Counted from the first letter of the stretch, positions 20,950-33,028 are shown. The stretch is 33,386 bases of DNA from Octopus bimaculoides (GCF_001194135.2 NC_068997.1:10370238-10403623); one strand, 5' to 3'. Numbers and translations: made by a program. The notes: generated by a model from the sequence alone, not told the origin.

Positions 20950-21840
20950 TGACAAACTTTTTTTTTAGGTGTGAAAGCAATAAACAGAGATATAAAACAC
21001 AATAACAGAAACGCACTTCACAAGAATCTTAAACTAATTCCTCAAGGTCTGAAAAATAACGATAAAATTGGAAGAGATAAGAGTAATCTATTTATTATTA
21101 TGAACGAAAGCAAATGCATAACAAAAAATAAACAGTATATCTTATGATAACAGGAAATTCGTCCAAATAAGAAAATAACAAAATGGTACAGCTAAAATTC
21201 AAACCCAAATTAATTACTGCTGCAAACTTTTAAATGAGATCTATATGCTTCCTGTCCCCAAAAAGGAGAGTAGAGCCCTGCTTATATTTATGACACCGTA
21301 AATACATCTGACATCGTAAATTCATATATTAGTACCTTCCCATAGCATTGATAAACGACTAAATACTCAAGCGAGATATAGTATACAATCGTCGGACGAA
21401 TTTCTAGAAATGTTACAGGAAGTTAATGAAGCTAGTAACATTTCCCCAAGGGATGCAAAACGGCTTTTTATCAACGTTTCGGTAATGGAGAAACCATAAG
21501 CATAATTTTGGACTATCAATAAAAAGTTTCTCTTGGCCTACCTAATAAAGGCTCACATCCGTAGTTTATAAGGTAGCATATATACTCAAAGGGATGGAAT
21601 GACTATAATTCTTTATTCAGTCCTTAAATCATTGAGCTTTATATGGTTAACGTTGAAAAAGAGTTATTTCTAAACATAAACTGTGTTATATCTGTATGGT
21701 ACGTTGAAGGCGCATCTATTATAACGGATACAGAAGAACAGGCGAATGAGCTCAAAGATCATAGGGGAAATATTTCCCTTCTTAATTAATTATATATCCA
21801 ACGTAGCTCTATCATAAATTCAGACAACACTTTATATACA
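20950..21840 (+). mobile_element. Decayed Penelope/Poseidon-type PLE reverse-transcriptase region
   Basis: In order across frameshifts: DKSNLFIIMN (ADKGN), PAYIYDTVNT (PAYxYG.K.HK), YSIQSSDEFLEML..DAKRLFINVSV-ETISIILD (DVxSLFTNVP.ETI), IYTQRDGMT (YxQxDG.MG), FYMVNVEK..WYVEG (RYVDD). Confidence 0.7.
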
Positions 21841-22074
21841 TATATACATGCATGCATACATACATACATACATATATATGTATGTATAAAATTCAGAAGG
21901 GATAGATATTTTTATCCCTTAGACTGTTATTGCAACGTCTAACTCTAATAACCTGGGACATAACAATATGGAGGGCGGTGGTGAAGGAATGAACTGTTTC
22001 ACTAGAGAGCAGCTAGCTACAGAAACAAACAATTTGAGATCTTTTTGTCTAATGGACTCGATATAATAGTTACA

Positions 22075-22275
22075 AATTTTGGCACAGGGCTAGCAATTTC
22101 TGAGGGGGATTCGATTACATCGACCTCAGTACGTGACTGGTGCTTATTTTATCGGTCCGGAAAGAGCGAAGAACAAAGTCGACCTCGACGAATTTGAACG
22201 CAGAACGTAAAGACAGATGAAACGTTGATAAGCATTTTGCCCGGCTTGCTAACGATTCTGCCAACTCGCCACCTT
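22075..22275 (-). mobile_element. Type M SINE (older copy)
   Basis: Alignable head-to-tail with the 9044 copy. Confidence 0.85.
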
Positions 22276-22770
22276 TAGACTTGATACAATACAAATGATT
22301 GGATATCTGATACAACAAGGATAACATCTCTATGTCGCTAGTCGGCTGAACTCTTTTTTCCGATACTTTTATACGCTATATTGTTGTAATAAAATATGTC
22401 ATGCAGATACGCAGAATTTTTATAAAAGCAAAACAGCAAAAACAAACTATATTTTTGAGTAATATGCAATTCTGAAGAGCAGCACAGCAATAAAAATTGA
22501 ATTTATGAATTGTGGATTTGATGGAATGGTTTTTAATGAAAAACTGCGTATTGCATGAAAATGGGACTACTTCAAAACAGAACTCTGACAAAACGTGACG
22601 TGATAACTTAAAGCAGTTTGATATTCTGGAATCTAAAAATTAAAAAAAAAATAAAATGAAATAAATGTAACATTTAGTAAATGTTAGGAAGAAATCTGTA
22701 GAGAAATAACTAAACGTATCCCTCTTCCCATTAATCTATCTATATTACTAATAGCAATTTGCGAATGCGG

Positions 22771-22858
<88 letters not shown>

Positions 22859-22974
22859 CGTACCTACCAACCTACCTATCTGCCTGCCTGCCTGCCTGCC
22901 TGCCTGTCTGCCAGCCTGTCTGTGTGTCTGTCTGTTTTTTCCTCAGTCAATCAGTCAGTCAGTCAGTCTCCCCA

Positions 22975-23028
22975 CTCTCTTTCTCTCTCTCTCTCTCTAT
23001 AAATGTCTCTCTCTCTCCCTCTCTATCA

Positions 23029-23080
<52 letters not shown>
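22975..23080. repeat. (CT)n microsatellite abutting a gap
   Basis: Direct reading. A (GA)n tract lies at 29190-29245. Confidence 0.95.
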
Positions 23081-23499
23081 NNNNNNNNNNNNNNNNNNNN
23101 NNNNNNNNNNNNNNNNNNNNNNNNNNNNNNNNNNNNNNNNNNNNNNNNNNNNNNNNNNNNNNNNNNNNNNNNNNNNNNNNNNNNNNNNNNNNNNNNNNNN
23201 NNNNNNNNNNNNNNNNNNNNNNNNNNNNNNNNNNNNNNNNNNNNNNNNNNNNNNNNNNNNNNNNNNNNNNNNNNNNNNNNNNNNNNNNNNNNNNNNNNNN
23301 NNNNNNNNNNNNNNNNNNNNNNNNNNNNNNNNNNNNNNNNNNNNNNNNNNNNNNNNNNNNNNNNNNNNNNNNNNNNNNNNNNNNNNNNNNNNNNNNNNNN
23401 NNNNNNNNNNNNNNNNNNNNNNNNNNNNNTATATAAATATATGCATATATCAATATATATATGTACGTACCTACATATATATGTATATATACATGCATA

Positions 23500-23760
23500 T
23501 ATGGGTACAGGACATCAAAAGAACGTTAAACACAATGAGAAATGAAAACATAAAAACGAAAACATAGAAAACGAACTTCTTTGCGAACAACGTAAACCGC
23601 AGACGGAGAAACGAGACATGCAACATAAAGAGCATACCCTTTTGTCAGTTGTCCCTCTTTCAACTATTCCGCGTTTCGAAGGCAAGGACAATACGCGACT
23701 TCGTTGAAATAGTCCTTCCCGCAAAGCAAATTAAATAAAACTTGGGATCAATTTGTTCGA
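23500..23760. repeat. TA-associated dispersed repeat with a degenerate hammerhead-like segment (possible PLE terminal-repeat derivative)
   Basis: Minus strand 23713-23663: ACTATT-T-CAACGA-AG...CTT-C-GAAAC-GCGG-AATAGT. Helix I and GAAAC are kept; the CUGA core is damaged. Confidence 0.45.
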
Positions 23761-24519
23761 CTAAGATGTACTTGCATAGCAGGTNNNNNNNNNNNNNNNN
23801 NNNNNNNNNNNNNNNNNNNNNNNNNNNNNNNNNNNNNNNNNNNNNNNNNNNNNNNNNNNNNNNNNNNNNNNNNNNNNNNNNNNNNNNNNNNNNNNNNNNN
23901 NNNNNNNNNNNNNNNNNNNNNNNNNNNNNNNNNNNNNNNNNNNNNNNNNNNNNNNNNNNNNNNNNNNNNNNNNNNNNNNNNNNNNNNNNNNNNNNNNNNN
24001 NNNNNNNNNNNNNNNNNNNNNNNNNNNNNNNNNNNNNNNNNNNNNNNNNNNNNNNNNNNNNNNNNNNNNNNNNNNNNNNNNNNNNNNNNNNNNNNNNNNN
24101 NNNNNNNNNNNNNNNNNNNNNNNNNNNNNNNNNNNNNNNNNNNNNNNNNNNNNNNNNNNNNNNNNNNNNNNNNNNNNNNNNNNNNNNNNNNNNNNNNNNN
24201 NNNNNNNNNNNNNNNNNNNNNNNNNNNNNNNNNNNNNNNNNNNNNNNNNNNNNNNNNNNNNNNNNNNNNNNNNNNNNNNNNNNNNNNNNNNNNNNNNNNN
24301 NNNNNNNNNNNNNNNNNNNNNNNNNNNNNNNNNNNNNNNNNNNNNNNNNNNNNNNNNNNNNNNNNNNNNNNNNNNNNNNNNNNNNNNNNNNNNNNNNNNN
24401 NNNNNNNNNNNNNNNNNNNNNNNNNNNNNNNNNNNNNNNNNNNNNNNNNNNNNNNNNNNNNNNNNNNNNNNNNNNNNNTTTAGGCTCATAAGATAGCTTC
24501 CCCGGATTTTGTAGAGTAT

Positions 24520-25170
24520 ATATTCTCCACTATATATACAACACTGGAACTTCGCACATGCGTTTCTTACTGTGTCTCTGGGAAGTTTTTCGAGTACTTC
24601 TTTGATCTTGGCCCCCAATTCGGCTTTGTTGCTGCAAGAAGTGTGGTCAGTGTCTTCCTCAATCGTACTCTACACACTAGTTCATGAAAGAATCGGTGGA
24701 ATTTGGAAGCCAGAAATTGGGGCTTGTGAAGTCGTAGAAATTCTCCGATAATTACTTTTGACTCTTTTCAGAAGTATGGCAAGGAGCCAAATCCTACTGC
24801 TACACATATCGCCCTCTAGTAGCAACCATCTCCACCCAGGGTTTCACCATAGTCTCCAGCAGCTTCTCATAGCTGCTTGAATTAAACCTTGAGACCCTTC
24901 TCAAAACGTGGGGCGGCATGACGTCACTTTCACTGAAGACACGCTCAAAGGCCATCACAGTTTGAGGAAACTTGGTTTTTAATGATGTCCGTGTCACGGC
25001 TTACATGCTTTACAGTATTTTCAGAGAATTGCACAACAGTCATGATGTCAGCATTTTGATACCCTGTGGGAATGATCATGACGTAAGTAAACCTTTTCCA
25101 GTGTTCAGATGGTTTACAATCCTCTATCTCAGCCAACACAATTGTGTAACGCTCATTTTATTTGTATTAT
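24520..25170 (-). mobile_element. Internally deleted Tc1/mariner transposase pseudogene (maT/DD37D-like spacing)
   Basis: N-terminus LAEIEDCKPSEHWKR..QNADIM..SENTVK joins near 24995 to KTKFPQTVM..DVMPPH..LLETMVKPW..YV*Q*DLAPCHTSEKSQK*LSENFYDFTSPNFWLPNSTD..AKIKEVLEKLPRDTVRNAC. Confidence 0.85.
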
Positions 25171-25784
25171 AATTATATTATGTAAATTTATTTCATGCAC
25201 TTAATCTTCCTCGGAAAATGGCCATCTCCGTTGTTATGACAGTTTGAATATGCTAGTTTCAAGATATGAATAAATCAACGATATTTGCAAACATCTTAAA
25301 CTGCTAATTATCGCAAAAACGTTTATAGAATATTCAGTTTGAAATGAATTATAATAAATTTCCAGATTATAAAATGTTAATGATTAAATTTTTTTTTTAA
25401 GCAAAGAAAACTAGAGACATTATGGGGCTGCTAGAATCAATTGTGTTTTCAATGAACGATGTTGTTAAATGACAAACGACACATAATGCTCTTTATTTAC
25501 TCATCCTGACTGGTCACAAGGTTGGTGTTGTTCTCGGTCAGCTTCAAACCTTGTACGTTGTTGCTTTTAGATAAAACCCTTATGTCCAGACAGTACCAGA
25601 GGATAGAAATTAGTCAAACTGGATAAAGTGTTTACTAAGTTTGTATAATTCCAGAGAAGAGAGATACATTAGGTGAGCTTAAGCGAAGGTGTGCTTAGCT
25701 TACTGTTTCAGAGTGTCACATGTCCGGCATTAGCTGGCAGCCCTACCATCATACAAGCGCAGGCATTGTTATATATGCAGGTAT

Positions 25785-25976
25785 GGCTGGCATGGCTGTG
25801 TGGTTAAGACGCTCAAGCTTCAGCCTCGTGTATTCGGGTTCAGTCTCACTCGCGGTTCCTTGCTTACCTACCACATGGTTCCGGCTTCAGTCTCACTGCG
25901 TGGCACCTTGGGCAAGTGTCTTCTACTATAGCCTCGGAACGACCATTGCCTTGTGAGTGAATGTAGAAGCCCGTTG

Positions 25977-26007
<31 letters not shown>

Positions 26008-26228
26008 GTGTGTGCAGTGTGCGTCTTTGTGTCTGTGTTTGACACCCCGACTTGGCAACCGGTGTCGGTTTGTTTACGTACTCGCATATAGAGTTTTAGT
26101 AAAGTAGAATGACAGAATAAGTATCAGACTTAAAAGTAAAAAGTACTGGGGTCGATCTGTTCGATTAAAGCCCTTCAGGGCGGTACCCCAGCATGGCCAC
26201 AGTCCAGTGACTGAAATAAGTAAAAGAT
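25785..26228 (+). mobile_element. Full-length type C (CORE-like) SINE with internal TA/TG microsatellite
   Basis: GGCATGGCTGTGTGGTTAAGA head, GGTTCAGTC B-box (locally duplicated), GGCACCTTGGGCAAGTGTCTTCTACTATAGCCTCGG, tail GTGACTGAAATAAGTAAAAGA. Confidence 0.88.
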
Positions 26229-26569
26229 AGACGATATAAGCATTCCAAATGTGACAATTCCTTTTTGTTTTTAAATCTAGGATTAGAATCTTTTAAAGTA
26301 TTCTTCTTTAAAAAGAAACCCTTGGGTAGTTTATAATTTATTGAGATTCTTAGATTCTTGGATTTCTCCAAAGCTTTGTAGTAGAAGTAGGAGCAAAAGA
26401 TGAGTGGAAACTGAGAAGCATGCGAGAATACTGTCTCGTGAGAGAACCGCATAAAAGCAAACACAAAAGGCAGCCATGTTAGATCAATGAAAAATAGCCG
26501 AAGAAATGTGTAATAGAAAATATGTTTAAGAAGCCTGAATATTGATTTTTGGGATTATTATAAAGTAGG

Positions 26570-26680
26570 TAAAAGCGGTCAGCTGGTAGAATCGTTTGTA
26601 CGCCGGACAAAATGCTTAGCGGCATTTCATCCGTCTTTACGTTCTGAGTTCAAATTCCGTTGAGGTCGAGTTTGCTTTTG
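26570..26680 (+). mobile_element. Type M SINE 5' half
   Basis: AAAGCGGTCAGCTGGTAGAATCG..GAGTTCAAATTCC..TTTGCTTTT. Confidence 0.85.
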
Positions 26681-26724
26681 GAATATTCCAAAATATCCTA
26701 TTAGTTGCTACATAAATCTATAAT

Positions 26725-26930
26725 CCTTTTTACCATCGGCATAAGGCCTGAAATTTGGGGAGGGGGGACTAGTCGATTAGATCGACCTCAGTACGCAACT
26801 GGTACTTAATTTATCGACCTCGAAAAACATAGTCGACTACGGCGGAATTTGAACTCAGAACGCAACGACAGACGAAATACCGCTAAGCATTGCGCCCGGC
26901 GTGCTAACGATTCTACCAGCTCACCGCCTT
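26725..26930 (-). mobile_element. Type M SINE
   Basis: TSD ACATAAATCTATAAT (26710-26724) / ACATAAATCAATAAT (26931-26945), 14/15. Confidence 0.92.
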
Positions 26931-27494
26931 ACATAAATCAATAATGCTGGAATTCAAGTTATTCAAGAAAACTCGAATTTTTTTATTTACCTAACAAAAC
27001 TGAAACTTTGGATTTCCACAGTTATACTTGGTATTTAGAACAAATCAAATTCATATGACACAGCAGGTGCTTGTCCACTCGCAAAAATAATCTTTAGAAT
27101 AATTTGAAGTTTTTTTTCGCATTCCTCTCAATCATCATGAAAGCATACAGAACAACGGCAAGATCTCACTATTATATCAGAAAACATGTTCTTATGATTC
27201 AAGCGTATTTCTCTCCGACTGCACTTGATGTAGTTGCATTAATTAGTATTCAGACAGTAATATCTTCACTAGCGCGCTCCATTTGTCGCCACCTGATGTT
27301 TTCTTTTCAAATGTTCAAGCACTGCAACAGGAATTGAACTAAGCAATAACAGTCAGCAAAAATATAGTACTACTGCTGCTTAAAGACTTGAATTATACAA
27401 ACTTTAGATTTAGGTGAATTTACCTTTCCCTTGAAGAATGGGATTTTACTCAAACAGAATTGAACAGAACGAATAACAGCACAATGATAATATT

Positions 27495-27702
27495 GGCTTC
27501 AAACTTTAGCACAAGGCCAGCAATATCGGGGAGAGGGAGTAAGTCGACTACATCGACCCTAGTGCTCAACGGATATTTATTTTATCGATTTTGAAAGGAT
27601 GAAAGGCAAAGTCGACCTTGGCGGAATTTGAACTCAGAACGTAAAGACGGACGAAATAACCCTAAGCATTTTGTCCAGCGCACTAATGATTCTCGCAGCC
27701 TT
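27495..27702 (-). mobile_element. Type M SINE (older copy)
   Basis: Candidate TSD CACAATGATAATATT (27480-27494) / CACATTGACAATATT (27705-27719), 13/15. Confidence 0.85.
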
Positions 27703-27729
27703 AACACATTGACAATATTCACAGTTGTT

Positions 27730-28127
27730 AAGGCGGCGAGCTGGCAGGAACGTTAGCACAAATTTGTTTGTCCCCTCTATGTTTAGCCCCTTGTGGGCAA
27801 TAAAGAAATAAGAACCGTTAGCACAAATAAGTACCAGTTACGCACTGGGGTCGATATAATCGACTTAATCCGTTTGTCTGTCCTTGTTTGTCCCCTCTGT
27901 GTGTAGCCCCTTGTGGGCAGTAAAGAAATAAGAAACGTTAGCACACCGGGCGAAATGCTTAGCAGTATTTCATCTGTCTTTACGTTCTCAGTTCAAATTC
28001 CACCGAGGTCGACATTGCCTTTCGTCTTTTCCGGTCGATGAATTAAGTACCAGGTGCGTACTGGTGTCGATCTAATCGACTGGCCTCCTCTCCCAAAATT
28101 TCGGGCCTTATGCCTAGAGTAGAAAAG
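27730..28127 (+). mobile_element. Composite type M SINE: two tail-B fragments stacked in the head of a tail-A copy
   Basis: One outer TSD AATATTCACAGTTGTT (27714-27729) / AATATTTACAGTTGTT (28128-28143). CGTTAGCAC is repeated at three internal junctions. Confidence 0.9.
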
Positions 28128-28560
28128 AATATTTACAGTTGTTTGTTCAGAATCTTCACACCTCCTATTTTCACAGCCACGTGATGAAAAATATAAGGAA
28201 GGTCACAGCATCTTATTTTGAAAGAAATTGTTTTGAAATAAATCATTCACAGTAAATCTTTAGAATACGCTAATTTTCATGCCAACACATGTAGAATTAT
28301 TGTAAATAAATTAAATAATTCTCTCATTACTACTTCAGTAGGTTTCGATGAAGTTTCTGTTTCCTTGAAGACATCAGATAAGAACGAAACCGATCCAGAG
28401 TTAATTTCCGTAGTTGTTGAACTGATCACAATTATCGTATCACTCTTTGAGCCAACATTGTCTTCTCCTCACAAGATAAGTATTTTTTAATCAAATTTTT
28501 GATGATCACTACTTTAAATTCTCTGTATTAAACTATCTTTTAATCTTTTACTTGTTTCAG

Positions 28561-29067
28561 TCAAAAGGTTTCCCTCTGCTGCTTGGCCAGCAGTTTATTC
28601 ATGAAGTTCAAGACATCATCAACAACAGTCACTGCTGAACGTAATTTCTTGCCCTGATGATCTCTGATGAACAGTATGGCTCTGACGATCTCTGACCGTC
28701 GAGAATGTTTCTTTTGGAAACAGATGATCTGGTAGCTTCTGGTTGCCATCATAGGCTGCCAGTTCTTTCCGATCTTGAACAGGAAGGAACTGACGACGTT
28801 CAACAAACGAACAGTCTCCAACTTATTGTGTTTGGTGGCTAGGTCCATGAATACAATACGTATTTTTACTTCCGGTGCTGTATTGGAATCTTTCTTGCTA
28901 ATGGTATCTATATTTATGAGATATACTCTGTATTTAACAATGTAATTCCTGACACGCAAAATGACCAGCTGGTCACGACAAGAACGGCCTTCTGCATAGT
29001 TTGTTCGATCAAGGCTGATTTGAATAACGTTTACATCGGTGCAATGAAAAAAAAGGCCTCTGCACGT
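28561..29067 (-). pseudogene. 168-codon open frame with eroded CR1/L2-like reverse-transcriptase motifs (identity uncertain)
   Basis: EGRSCRDQLVILR (GRSCxDQL), IVFMDLAT (VFLDxxKAFD), WQPMMATRSYQI (WIxSFLxxRxQ), AILFIRD, TVVDDVL (FADD position). The QG motif is absent and there is no in-frame stop. Confidence 0.45.
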
Positions 29068-29183
29068 TCACACGATTTGCGAAAAATAGTAACCCAAATT
29101 ACCTTTCAATTACATTTTAAGTTAGAAACGAACACATTGGATTATACCGTTCTAAAAATATTTGTTTACATATGCATATATGT

Positions 29184-29251
<68 letters not shown>

Positions 29252-29400
29252 AGATAGACAGATCGATAGATACACACTCATACACATACACAAGTATACA
29301 TACAAAATATTGAGAAAATATCATTGTATATGTTACATAAACTAAAAGAAAACAGACCAAAGCACATTGTTTCTCTTAGTATTATAATATTATGGTTAAA

Positions 29401-29605
29401 TGGAGGCGAAGTGGCTGAAGCGTTACCACACCGGGCATAATGCTCAGCGGCACTTTGTTCATCTTTACATTCTGAGTTGAAATTCAGCCGAGTTTGACTT
29501 TGCCTTTCATCTTTTCGGTGATCGATAAAATACGTACCAGTTATTCACTGGAGTCGATGTAATCGACTTACCCGTCTCCCCAAAATTGCTGTCCTTGAGC
29601 CAAAA
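29401..29605 (+). mobile_element. Type M SINE (older copy)
   Basis: CGTTACCACACCGGGC..GAGTTGAAATTC..TTTGCCTTTCATC..GTCGATGTAATCGAC. Confidence 0.8.
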
Positions 29606-30428
29606 TTTGAAGTCATTTATTCTATGATGGTTTACTCGGAGTTCATTATCAAAACATTTATCTGCAGCACAGTGTCACGTGCAGTTTTAAATAGGAAACG
29701 CTTAATTTGGCAAACTGAAAACTTTCATAATTAGCACTGGCGAAGAAGTTCGTTGACTTGTATATATTTCATTATCAAAATTTATCTTATCACCCACCCC
29801 GCGCTCTCTTTGTTTCTCGCGAATGTCTCTGGTTTTAGAATTGCAAATGTTACTGCTACTAATTTTAGTATTTATTATTAGAAAAAAGAATGTTATAAGT
29901 TAGACATAGACGCAATTAAATAACATTTATGTGTTCTTCAAAGCAACATTTCAGGTCATTATATCTGCTATTTCCTTAAGTATTCAAATTTGTCTATAAT
30001 TGCACATGGTTTATATATTTTTATGCAATTTAATCCTTGAAAATAATTATTTAAGCATTTGCCTATATTTAGACTATTATTCATATTTGAGGGAAAGAAA
30101 GAGAAAGAGGATGTAATATTTTTTACCATGGGTAGATTTCATATATCTTTGTTTATATTGAACTTATTTTTTCCCATTTGATCTCTGGTAAACATGTACT
30201 CATGCACATACATACACTTATGTACTGACATAGAGGAATGTAAGCGAATATGTTCATATACATCCTCATGTACACATTCACACAGAAAAACATTTGTAAA
30301 TTCTCAGCGACATCTATTTAAAAAGCATGTTACAGTTACACAGCATAGATTGCGCTTTTGTACGTGTTTATGTGTGAAACAGAAGGAAGAGGAGTCGTTG
30401 CGAAAACTGTTATATAATTTCTTATTCA

Positions 30429-30471
<43 letters not shown>

Positions 30472-30477
30472 TCTTTT

Positions 30478-30725
30478 ATTCTTTTCTTTGTTTCAGTCAT
30501 TTGACTGCGGCCATGCTGGAGAACCGCATTAAGTCGAACAAATCGACCCCAGGACTTATTCTTTGTAAGCCTAGTACTTATTATATCAGTAACTTTTGCC
30601 GAATCGCTAAGTTACGGGGACGTGAACACACGAACATCGGTTGTCAAGCGATGCTGGTGGTGGTGGTGGTGGAACAAACACAGACACACAAACATATACA
30701 TATATATCTATACGACGGGCTTCTT
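30478..30725 (-). mobile_element. Type C SINE 3' half, cut by a gap
   Basis: TTTCAGTCATTTGACTGCGGCCATGCTGGAG..TACGACGGGCTTCTT; close to the 13472 copy. Confidence 0.9.
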
Positions 30726-31384
30726 NNNNNNNNNNNNNNNNNNNNNNNNNNNNNNNNNNNNNNNNNNNNNNNNNNNNNNNNNNNNNNNNNNNNNNNNNNN
30801 NNNNNNNNNNNNNNNNNNNNNNNNNNNNNNNNNNNNNNNNNNNNNNNNNNNNNNNNNNNNNNNNNNNNNNNNNNNNNNNNNNNNNNNNNNNNNNNNNNNN
30901 NNNNNNNNNNNNNNNNNNNNNNNNNNNNNNNNNNNNNNNNNNNNNNNNNNNNNNNNNNNNNNNNNNNNNNNNNNNNNNNNNNNNNNNNNNNNNNNNNNNN
31001 NNNNNNNNNNNNNNNNNNNNNNNNNNNNNNNNNNNNNNNNNNNNNNNNNNNNNNNNNNNNNNNNNNNNNNNNNNNNNNNNNNNNNNNNNNNNNNNNNNNN
31101 NNNNNNNNNNNNNNNNNNNNNNNNNNNNNNNNNNNNNNNNNNNNNNNNNNNNNNNNNNNNNNNNNNNNNNNNNNNNNNNNNNNNNNNNNNNNNNNNNNNN
31201 NNNNNNNNTCTTTAACACACCTTTAATTATATGTTACAAATGTTTCCGTACCATCTCCATTTGCAACGCCAGTTTACGCGAAAATTCTAAAAGAAAATCA
31301 CGTAATATTTGTGGTCTTAGGCATTGGAAAGGCACTCTCTCAGACTTGCATCAAAGGCGTGCTATTACATTGTGTGTATATACA

Positions 31385-31441
31385 CATACATAATACATAC
31401 ATACATACATACATAAATGCATGCATGCATGCATACATTCA

Positions 31442-31510
<69 letters not shown>

Positions 31511-31815
31511 GTGTATATACAAATTATTATATATTTATACGTACACACACATACACATATATATACGCGCACATATATATATATATAAATGTAAACACAC
31601 AAGCAAATATATATATGTGTGTGTATGTGTATATATATATACGTATAAATATATGTGTGTGTATAACCTGTATGTGTGTGTGTGTATATGTATATATAAC
31701 CTGTATACATTATCAATTGTGTACGCTGATACACACACTACCCCATCTACATAATACATACATACATACATACATACATACATACATACATGCATACCTA
31801 CATACCACATGCACA
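31385..31815. repeat. Compound (TACA)n/(TA)n/(TG)n low-complexity tract
   Basis: Direct reading. Confidence 0.95.
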
Positions 31816-32714
31816 TACACACGTAAAAATCATCATTACTTTGGATAATGTAGTTCAATTCGAACTCCGCTCGCATGACAGGATATGACAATTTAAATAT
31901 CTTTAGTCATAAGTCATCTCGATCGAGACTGACGTTGACCTAAATAGCACACGAGCAATAACAGCAACAATATCAACAACTTAAAAATTAATAAGCTCGA
32001 TCAATACCAAAAAAGGCCTTGGACATCGACAGAATATAGTAATAACAGAAAGGAACCTTTGGTTAGGCTGTCCTTTATTATTTACAAATCTCAAAACATG
32101 CGTTAATTTAAAAGAAAAAAAGGTATCTCGTAAATATTTATCATCGAAAGAAACTAACAGGGAATAAATTACGAACATTTAATATGACTCTCACTGCTAA
32201 CAGAAGCAGCCAAGCAGGTTTATAAGATTGTTGTTTTCGTTTTGCCGAAAGATGGTCAACGACCGCAAGAGCGTTAGCCTCTTGTACTATTTATTTAACA
32301 AAGTAATATTTCTGCCCTATTTGCGGACGCTGCAAACAGCCGTATTGCAAAATGTGCGATAAATTCTGATATAATGACGTTATTTCATTTTCACAAAAAG
32401 CAAAATAATCCAATTTTTGTGATTGATAGAGAATATTGACAGCATTTATACTAATAGCAATTTAATAGGCGTTACTTCTCCATTATTCACCACAAATAGG
32501 CACGTTTGAAAAACTATTTTCCTGGTTGAAAAGATTACTTAGTACAGAATATAAAATTGAATAATTGAGAAGTTAATAAAGAGAAGTATTAACGAGGAGT
32601 GCATTACTAGTTGATATATTTAAAGGAGATAATTTGATAATACGAAATGATTTTCAATAACGAGAAAATACACGCGTTAAGTTAGTCTTGTAATAAATGT
32701 ATTTTTCTTGAAAT

Positions 32715-33008
32715 GTTCTGTTCTACTCTAGGCACAAGGCCCGAAATTTTGGGGGATGAGGCCAGTCGATTAGATCGATTCCAGTACGCAATTGGTACTT
32801 AATTTATCGACCCCAAAAGGATGAAAGGCAAAGTCGACCTCGGCGGAATTTGAACTGAAAACGTAAAGACAAACGAAATACCGCTAATCATTTCGCCCGG
32901 TATGCTAACGTTTCTTATTTCTTTATCGCCCACAAGGGGCTAAACATAGGGGGGGGGGACAAACAATGACAGACAAAGGGATTAAGTCGATTACATCGAC
33001 CCCAGTGC
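32715..33008 (-). mobile_element. Type M SINE composite (tail-B fragment joined at AGAA|ACGTTAGCA to a tail-A body)
   Basis: Same junction as in 27730-28127; truncated at 33008 by (TAA)6. Confidence 0.9.
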
Positions 33009-33028
33009 TAATAATAATAATAATAATA

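Noticed and set aside
25712-25780. Plus-strand 69-nt candidate exon (TTTCAG acceptor, CAG|GTATGG donor)
   Set aside because: The donor falls in duplicated SINE-head sequence, the peptide is unrecognisable and no partner exons were found.
27730-28127. CRISPR-like repeat/spacer appearance here and at 5281-5447
   Set aside because: The intervening pieces are SINE tails or self-copies, spacing is irregular, the context is eukaryotic and there are no cas genes.
31240-31380. Short protein-like frame PSPFATPVYAKILKENHVIFVVLGIGKAL
   Set aside because: No splice acceptor, no recognisable family, and it runs into a microsatellite.
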